Virus record (IMG/VR): IMGVR_UViG_3300025608_000006
DNA from: a virus
Lineage: Duplodnaviria > Caudoviricetes
Direction: 5' to 3' (one strand)
Length of the DNA stretch: 64,000 nt
In this document: in pieces, positions 58,918 through 64,000 of the stretch
Layout of the letters: each line of letters opens with the position of its first letter
Numbering within the stretch: the stretch's first letter is position 1
Notes under the pieces: generated by a model
Database searches by the model: none
Told to the model about the DNA's origin: nothing
What the model saw: only the letters and a program-made list of their open reading frames with translations
Position numbers and translations under genes: made by a program

Positions 58918-59667
58918 ATGCCAAGTTTACGCACACTACTATCAGATTTAGCACCGCAGCCGATCGGCAATCCGAATAGGGTTTTTTACGTCCGAGATAC
59001 TGACACTGGAGCAAGCAACGGCGGATGCTGTTGTTTATGGACAGCCCCTGCAGGCACAACCAGTGTTACATTTGAAATGTACGGCGCAGGCGGCGGCGGA
59101 GCTGGAGCAAGATGCTGTGAGCGTGCAGGAACTATGGCAACAGGCGGCTCTTATGCACTTAAAACAATAGCTACAACAGAAGGATGTCAATATAGAATAT
59201 GCGCAGGCGGATCAACTGACTGTGGAGGATGCTGCGGAATCATTGGCAGATCTAATCCAAGCTATGTGTTTGACATCACAGCAGGAAGTACAATTGGATG
59301 TGCCATTGGTGGCACAGGCGGTTGTAGTCAAATGACACGAGGGGGTTTTTGTTACGGATATATCTGTTGCTGGGGCCTACTGTCTGGAACAGGACTTGGC
59401 GACATAGTTATGGATGGCACTGGCGGAATAAGTTTTGTTAGCTGCCACTGTAACAATGACATACACATGATCACTGCTGGAGGCGTAGGCGCAGAAAGAA
59501 AAACTGCTTCGTTCTGTGCTAAAGAACCGGCCGGAAGTGGACCTTATCATATGTGTTCAGTGCCATCATGGCCAGCAGGCGGCGGCACATCAGGAAGAGC
59601 TTGTAGCGATGGACGTTGCCATGGTCAGCACGGCGCAGCCGGATTTGTTAAAATAACATACACATAA
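58918..59667 (+). CDS. Gly/Cys-rich fibre-tip-like protein 1
   Basis: 249 aa, 21 Cys by hand count; GGCCCLWTAP...FEMYGAGGGG. Confidence 0.75.
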   Translation: MPSLRTLLSDLAPQPIGNPNRVFYVRDTDTGASNGGCCCLWTAPAGTTSVTFEMYGAGGGGAGARCCERAGTMATGGSYALKTIATTEGCQYRICAGGSTDCGGCCGIIGRSNPSYVFDITAGSTIGCAIGGTGGCSQMTRGGFCYGYICCWGLLSGTGLGDIVMDGTGGISFVSCHCNNDIHMITAGGVGAERKTASFCAKEPAGSGPYHMCSVPSWPAGGGTSGRACSDGRCHGQHGAAGFVKITYT

Positions 59668-59678
59668 GAGGAATTAAA

Positions 59679-60326
59679 ATGCCAACACCAATTACAGAAA
59701 CAACAGTAAGTTTTACTTATGATATTGCAGACAAGTTGTATGCAACGACCACTAGTTTAAATAGAACAGCATCTGCATCATACACAGGGCCAGATAGAAT
59801 TTGGCAGTTTGTAGATAACGATACTGGATTGATATCACGAGAACAGCCTCCGTTAACTAGTGAAGATGACGGAGCAGATGTACCAGTACCTGAAGGATTA
59901 CGCAAAGTTGAAGTTGTAGCAGCAGACGATCCTGTTATTATATCAATTATTCGTGAATACGATGTAACTTATGCAGATACATCAACAACAACTGACACTT
60001 TGCCGGATGGAAGCGAATGTACATATGAAACTACAGCTACATTAAGCCAAACTTACGATTTAGACGGCCTAGTACACAATGGAACTGCGTGGGTTTTAGG
60101 AAGTATGATTGAAACCTATGTAACATGGGATGATGTAATCGACTCGAGAAATGGTGCACTTACTGCAACAGACGGTAAGATATCACCAGATCAGCCAGAT
60201 TCAATCAAACAACCTTGGATAGACTATAGACAGGCACTAAGAGATTTGCCAGTTACGTTTGGTTACGGTACTGATAATGAAATCGAAGCATGGAAAGTAA
60301 ACATGCCAGATCACCCAGAGGATTAA
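59679..60326 (+). CDS. Tail fibre assembly chaperone-like protein
   Basis: C-terminal WDDVIDSRNGAL..TD....DQP....QPWIDYRQALRDLP is the phage tail-assembly-chaperone pattern. Confidence 0.7.
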   Translation: MPTPITETTVSFTYDIADKLYATTTSLNRTASASYTGPDRIWQFVDNDTGLISREQPPLTSEDDGADVPVPEGLRKVEVVAADDPVIISIIREYDVTYADTSTTTDTLPDGSECTYETTATLSQTYDLDGLVHNGTAWVLGSMIETYVTWDDVIDSRNGALTATDGKISPDQPDSIKQPWIDYRQALRDLPVTFGYGTDNEIEAWKVNMPDHPED

Positions 60327-60330
60327 TAAC

Positions 60331-61089
60331 ATGGCAGGCTTAAGAACACTTTTACAAATTGGCGGATCTCAAGATACAACTTTAGATATTAATGAAGTTC
60401 ATATCTTTAACGCTAATAAAACAACACAAAATAACGGCGGCGCTTGTTGTCTATTTACTGTACCAGACAGTACTTCATGGTTTGCTATAGAACTATGGGG
60501 AGGCGGCGGCGGAGGCGCAGGTGCTTGTTGCTGTAGAAGTGGCTGGCCTGGCGGTTCTGGATCGTATGCTAGAAAGATTATTACTGGATTAACTGGCGGC
60601 GAAGAATATACTATATGTGCAGCAGGAACAACATATTGTAGTCGCGACAACGGAACTGGCTGTACAGGAAGCCCAAGCTTTGTAAATATAAATGGCGGCG
60701 CAGTTCAAGTATGTGCAGCAGGTGGCGGACCAGGCGGCACAAGATGTTATTTCCAAATTAACTGTAGTTGTCAATTTTGCGCACAATATCAGTGCGGTTC
60801 TTGGTGTGGATCATTTGGGTTATGTGGAGTAAACGGCGCTGCAAAAGGAAGCCCAATGTGTGGTGCAGACGCATACGGATTTATGCCTTCTGCTCCTTAT
60901 ACACTAGGCGGAAACAGACCTACAATGTCTTATTGCACACATACTAGCGGAAATGGTGTAGGCGGCAGTGCTATGTGGCCAGGAGGCGGCGGCGCAAGTG
61001 CTGTAGCAAGTTCTACAGGCTTTAACTGCGGAGCACCGGGCGCCGGTGGCTTGGTTTCGATCTATTATTCAACAACAGCAGGCGCATAA
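60331..61089 (+). CDS. Gly/Cys-rich fibre-tip-like protein 2
   Basis: 252 aa, 19 Cys by hand count; GACCLFTVP...IELWGGGGGG. Confidence 0.75.
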   Translation: MAGLRTLLQIGGSQDTTLDINEVHIFNANKTTQNNGGACCLFTVPDSTSWFAIELWGGGGGGAGACCCRSGWPGGSGSYARKIITGLTGGEEYTICAAGTTYCSRDNGTGCTGSPSFVNINGGAVQVCAAGGGPGGTRCYFQINCSCQFCAQYQCGSWCGSFGLCGVNGAAKGSPMCGADAYGFMPSAPYTLGGNRPTMSYCTHTSGNGVGGSAMWPGGGGASAVASSTGFNCGAPGAGGLVSIYYSTTAGA

Positions 61090-61101
61090 GGAAAATATAA
61101 C

Positions 61102-61875
61102 ATGGCAAATTTAAGAGATTATTTATTCGGATATGAAGAAGGCGCACCTATTGAGCCAGGAGAATTCAGTGTTTGGAACAGCAGTAGAAGTAGTTCAAAT
61201 GGTGGATGCTGTTGCTTGTGGACTGTGCCAACAGGAAAAAGCTACGCAGTATTTGAAATATGGAGCGGAGGCGGCAGTGGTGCAGGAGTATGTTGTTGTC
61301 AACAAGGCCCAGGCGCAGGCAGTGGCGGTTACGCTATTAAAAGTGTTAGCGTAAATCCAGGAGATACATTTACAATCTGTGCAGCAAGCTCAGGAAGATG
61401 TACTGATCCTAGTTGGCAATGTGGATGCTGCGGCTGTTCATCTTACATATGTTCAAACGGAGGCGGCGGCAGTCCAAGTTGGAAACTATGCGTTTGTGGT
61501 GGTATGAATACAGCATACGATAGACGCTGCTTTTTCATGGGCAACTGCTATGATTGTTGTTCAATGTGTTTCTGCTGTTTAGGCACATACGGCACCTCCG
61601 ACGGCAACGCAACACCAGATTTTCATGTAGGTGGAACAAACGGTAGTATACACCCCAATCAGTACTGTTTCGGAAACGGATACCAAGTAACTGCAAATGC
61701 TCCATTTACTGCTGGCGGGTTTAGAGCTGGCCCGGGCGGTTGCAGATCATGGCACGGCGGCTGCGGCTGCGGAATGTTCCCAGGAGGCGGCGGTCTATCG
61801 GCTTCAAAGTTCGATAACCAATGTTGTGGCGGCGAGCATGGCGGCGGCGGCATGGTTTATGTGGTGTATTACTAA
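61102..61875 (+). CDS. Gly/Cys-rich fibre-tip-like protein 3
   Basis: 257 aa, 28 Cys by hand count; GGCCCLWTVP...FEIWSGGGSG. Confidence 0.75.
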   Translation: MANLRDYLFGYEEGAPIEPGEFSVWNSSRSSSNGGCCCLWTVPTGKSYAVFEIWSGGGSGAGVCCCQQGPGAGSGGYAIKSVSVNPGDTFTICAASSGRCTDPSWQCGCCGCSSYICSNGGGGSPSWKLCVCGGMNTAYDRRCFFMGNCYDCCSMCFCCLGTYGTSDGNATPDFHVGGTNGSIHPNQYCFGNGYQVTANAPFTAGGFRAGPGGCRSWHGGCGCGMFPGGGGLSASKFDNQCCGGEHGGGGMVYVVYY

Positions 61876-61884
61876 TAGGAAACA

Positions 61885-62850
61885 ATGATGACAAATATAA
61901 CAAAAGAGTTTACATACGACCAAACCGACGATCAATATTCGCAAACCAATGTAGATCTTACTAAAGCAACAATGACGTATTCAGGTCCTGCATACAAATA
62001 TGTGGTATTTGATAGTACAACAAATAAAATGGTTAATGCAACTATTCCAGAAGAACAATGGGATAATGGTGAATTCAATAATCAAGATGACGGCCAATAT
62101 GCTGTTAGAATTGACTGCAATGAAGAAACTTTAATTTGCGCTCTACTACCAGCTGACGGTAATTTTGATATTGACACGCTGTCAACAGTTAGCGAAGAAG
62201 TTCCAGGATCTGCAATTCCTTATGTTAGAAATGATCCAATGTTGCCAGATCACGTTTACGAAGTTACTGAAATAGTATATAATCCTGACACTGAGAGTTT
62301 TGTTAAACCGTTTCCTTGGAAGGCTCCAATAATGGATTGGGAAACATTTATTAACTACAGAAACAATTTATTGAATAATGCGGATCGCAGTCTGTCAGAA
62401 GATTTACCAGAATCGGTATATAACAAAGTAGCTAAGTTTAAAAAATATTTGAGAAATTTGCCTACAACCTGCGGTGCCGCTTGGGATATTACATTGGATA
62501 ATGCTGGATCTGGATATGCTGTAGGAGACAGTATTTTACTATCAGATCCTGCATTTAAAAATAATACTAATGCAGCAGATATTCTACTTACTGTTTCAGA
62601 GGTAGATGACTCCGGAGCAATTACTGCATTTACTTCATCTTCGAAACACTGTTACAACTATCATAAAGAAGCAGGTTCGTACACAAATGTGTTTTATACA
62701 TCAGACTCTAGCAATGGATCAGGTGCAACAATTGATATGTCAAAAATTGCAACAGTTGCTCCGCATAAGATTACAATAATTAGAAATCCTATCGAAAACG
62801 TCGACAGAGTAGACGGGCATTCTTCTGCGTTAGATAATCTTCCAGATTAA
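61885..62850 (+). CDS. Tail fibre assembly chaperone-like protein with C-terminal extension (paralog of 59679)
   Basis: Shares FTYD...YxGP at the N-terminus and WETFINYRNNLL..AD....DLP....FKKYLRNLP. Confidence 0.65.
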   Translation: MMTNITKEFTYDQTDDQYSQTNVDLTKATMTYSGPAYKYVVFDSTTNKMVNATIPEEQWDNGEFNNQDDGQYAVRIDCNEETLICALLPADGNFDIDTLSTVSEEVPGSAIPYVRNDPMLPDHVYEVTEIVYNPDTESFVKPFPWKAPIMDWETFINYRNNLLNNADRSLSEDLPESVYNKVAKFKKYLRNLPTTCGAAWDITLDNAGSGYAVGDSILLSDPAFKNNTNAADILLTVSEVDDSGAITAFTSSSKHCYNYHKEAGSYTNVFYTSDSSNGSGATIDMSKIATVAPHKITIIRNPIENVDRVDGHSSALDNLPD

Positions 62851-62868
62851 TACTCAACTACTGTTACT

Positions 62869-62898
62869 AAAAAAGGCGCTAGGTGCGCCTTTTTTTTT
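62869..62898 (+). terminator. Rho-independent terminator ending the structural region
   Basis: AAAAAAGGCGC-TAGGT-GCGCC followed by T9. Confidence 0.9.
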
Positions 62899-62934
62899 GA
62901 GTTCAGTTTGGTCCATTCAGCATACATCCTACTA

Positions 62935-62941
62935 ATAAATA
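62935..62941 (+). promoter_or_regulatory. Late-promoter-like box ATAAATA
   Basis: After the terminator, before SD AGGA and ATG 62974. Confidence 0.55.
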
Positions 62942-62973
62942 AATGCATACATAACTTAGATAGGACTTTATAT

Positions 62974-63933
62974 ATGTCAAGAAATAAAGCATTTTTTATT
63001 AATGGCGGCGCAGGAAGAGTAGTGTGCTCTATACCCGCATTAGAAAAATTTCACGAAGAAAATCCAGACAACGACTTCCTTATTGTTTGCGAAGGCGGCA
63101 CTGATTTTTACAAAGGACACCCGGTTTTACATGCTAAAGCATATGATGTGTGGCATAAAAACTTGTTTGAAGATAAACTAAAAGATATGGAACTAGTAAG
63201 TCCAGAACCTTACAGAGTTTGGGAATATTATAACCAAAAAGCAAATCTATCACAAGCATACGATATTGAAATAAACAATAAAGGTGTAAGAGATTTGCCC
63301 AAACCTACTATTAGATTAAGCAAGCAAGAAAAACTTTCCGCAGCACAAGTAGTACGAGAAGTAAAAGAAAAAACAGGAAAAGATAAAGCTGTAGTATTTC
63401 AACCGTTTGGCCGAGGTGTTGTAAATGACAATGGAATGATTACAGACTTTAGTGGAAGAAGCTTTGAACCAGAAACTGTTGTTAATCTTGTTAAAGAACT
63501 ATCCAAGGAGTATGCTATAATTTTTATGGGTGAAATTGCAATTGAATTTCAAAAACATGGAATAACACAGCCAATCGCAATCCCGCAAAATATTGATTTA
63601 AGAACATGGACTGCAATCATTAGTCAATCAGACCACTTCCTGGGTTGTGATAGTGTTGGACAGCATTTAGCATATTCTTTAGATATACCTGCAACTGTTG
63701 TCGTCGGAAGTACATTTAAAGAAAATGTATCGTATCCAGATCATAAACCATTTAATGTATTGGATATGGGCGAAGGTGCTAGAATTTACAGTCCTATTCG
63801 TATTACACAAGACGAGTATACAGACAGAATGAATGAAGGCATTATGGCAATGAACGATAAGGTCGAAGAGGTTATTATTTCTACTGTAAAAGATTCAATG
63901 TCTGATAAAAAGAAAGCCGATAAAAAGAAATAA
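62974..63933 (+). CDS. GT-B fold glycosyltransferase, GT9 (heptosyltransferase)-like
   Basis: INGGAGRVVCSIPAL at the N-terminus; SDHFLGCDSVGQHLAYSLDIPATVV matches the GT9 motif D.FIG.DSG..HLA.A...P.V. Start reassigned to ATG 62974 on SD spacing. Confidence 0.65.
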   Translation: MSRNKAFFINGGAGRVVCSIPALEKFHEENPDNDFLIVCEGGTDFYKGHPVLHAKAYDVWHKNLFEDKLKDMELVSPEPYRVWEYYNQKANLSQAYDIEINNKGVRDLPKPTIRLSKQEKLSAAQVVREVKEKTGKDKAVVFQPFGRGVVNDNGMITDFSGRSFEPETVVNLVKELSKEYAIIFMGEIAIEFQKHGITQPIAIPQNIDLRTWTAIISQSDHFLGCDSVGQHLAYSLDIPATVVVGSTFKENVSYPDHKPFNVLDMGEGARIYSPIRITQDEYTDRMNEGIMAMNDKVEEVIISTVKDSMSDKKKADKKK

Positions 63934-63934
63934 T

Positions 63935-64000
63935 ATGTCAAGGCTGTTTACATTCGGATGTAGTTTTACTAATTATGCTTGGCCAACTTGGGCAGATTTT
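63935..64000 (+). CDS. 5' fragment of an ORF, possibly SGNH-like
   Basis: MSRLFTFGCSFTNYAWPTWADF runs off the window; FGCSF resembles SGNH block I. Confidence 0.5.
   Translation, partial: MSRLFTFGCSFTNYAWPTWADF

Noticed and set aside
58918-61875. Diversity-generating retroelement acting on the tip paralogs
   Set aside because: No reverse transcriptase and no near-identical TR/VR pair differing only at adenines in this window.
62908-62973. ORF-track start at 62908
   Set aside because: Upstream of the late box; SD supports ATG 62974.
1-64000. Stop-codon reassignment (alternative genetic code)
   Set aside because: Core genes are full length in code 11; TAA, TGA (gp46, gp21, tape measure) and TAG (gp55) all appear at plausible gene ends.

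Overview
AT-rich segment of a large T4-like (myovirus-type) phage genome, read in the standard genetic code, with no tRNA, rRNA, CRISPR array or mobile element detected. From left to right: (1) 1-19976, minus-strand baseplate module: a giant (>2660 aa) structural ORF that runs off the window and is missing from the supplied ORF track, then gp6, gp25, gp5-like spike with a C-terminal lysozyme domain, hub, gp53 and a gp48/54-like gene; (2) 20007-24432, plus strand: gp55-like late sigma factor, gp47/gp46 and a short GIY-YIG nuclease, with consensus sigma70 promoters in front of gp55 and gp47; (3) 24433-24920: a non-coding tract with many helices and apparent pseudoknots; (4) 24972-31987: putative internal/ejected proteins, a gp26-like chaperone gene with a -1 frameshift signal, and a tape-measure-like gene; (5) 31997-38674: head module (gp20, gp21, gp22, gp23) interrupted by a glycosyltransferase-like gene; (6) 38847-62850: paralogous fibre/appendage genes ending in three Gly/Cys-rich tip proteins and two fibre chaperones; (7) 62974-64000: a GT9-like glycosyltransferase and a truncated ORF. 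A T4-late-promoter-like (A/G)TAAATA box precedes most structural operons. The best novelty candidates are the ~370-nt structured RNA directly after the GIY-YIG gene and the -1 frameshift cassette (slippery heptamer, 6-nt spacer, 10-bp hairpin). All protein assignments come from motif recognition by eye; no database searches or folding programs were run.
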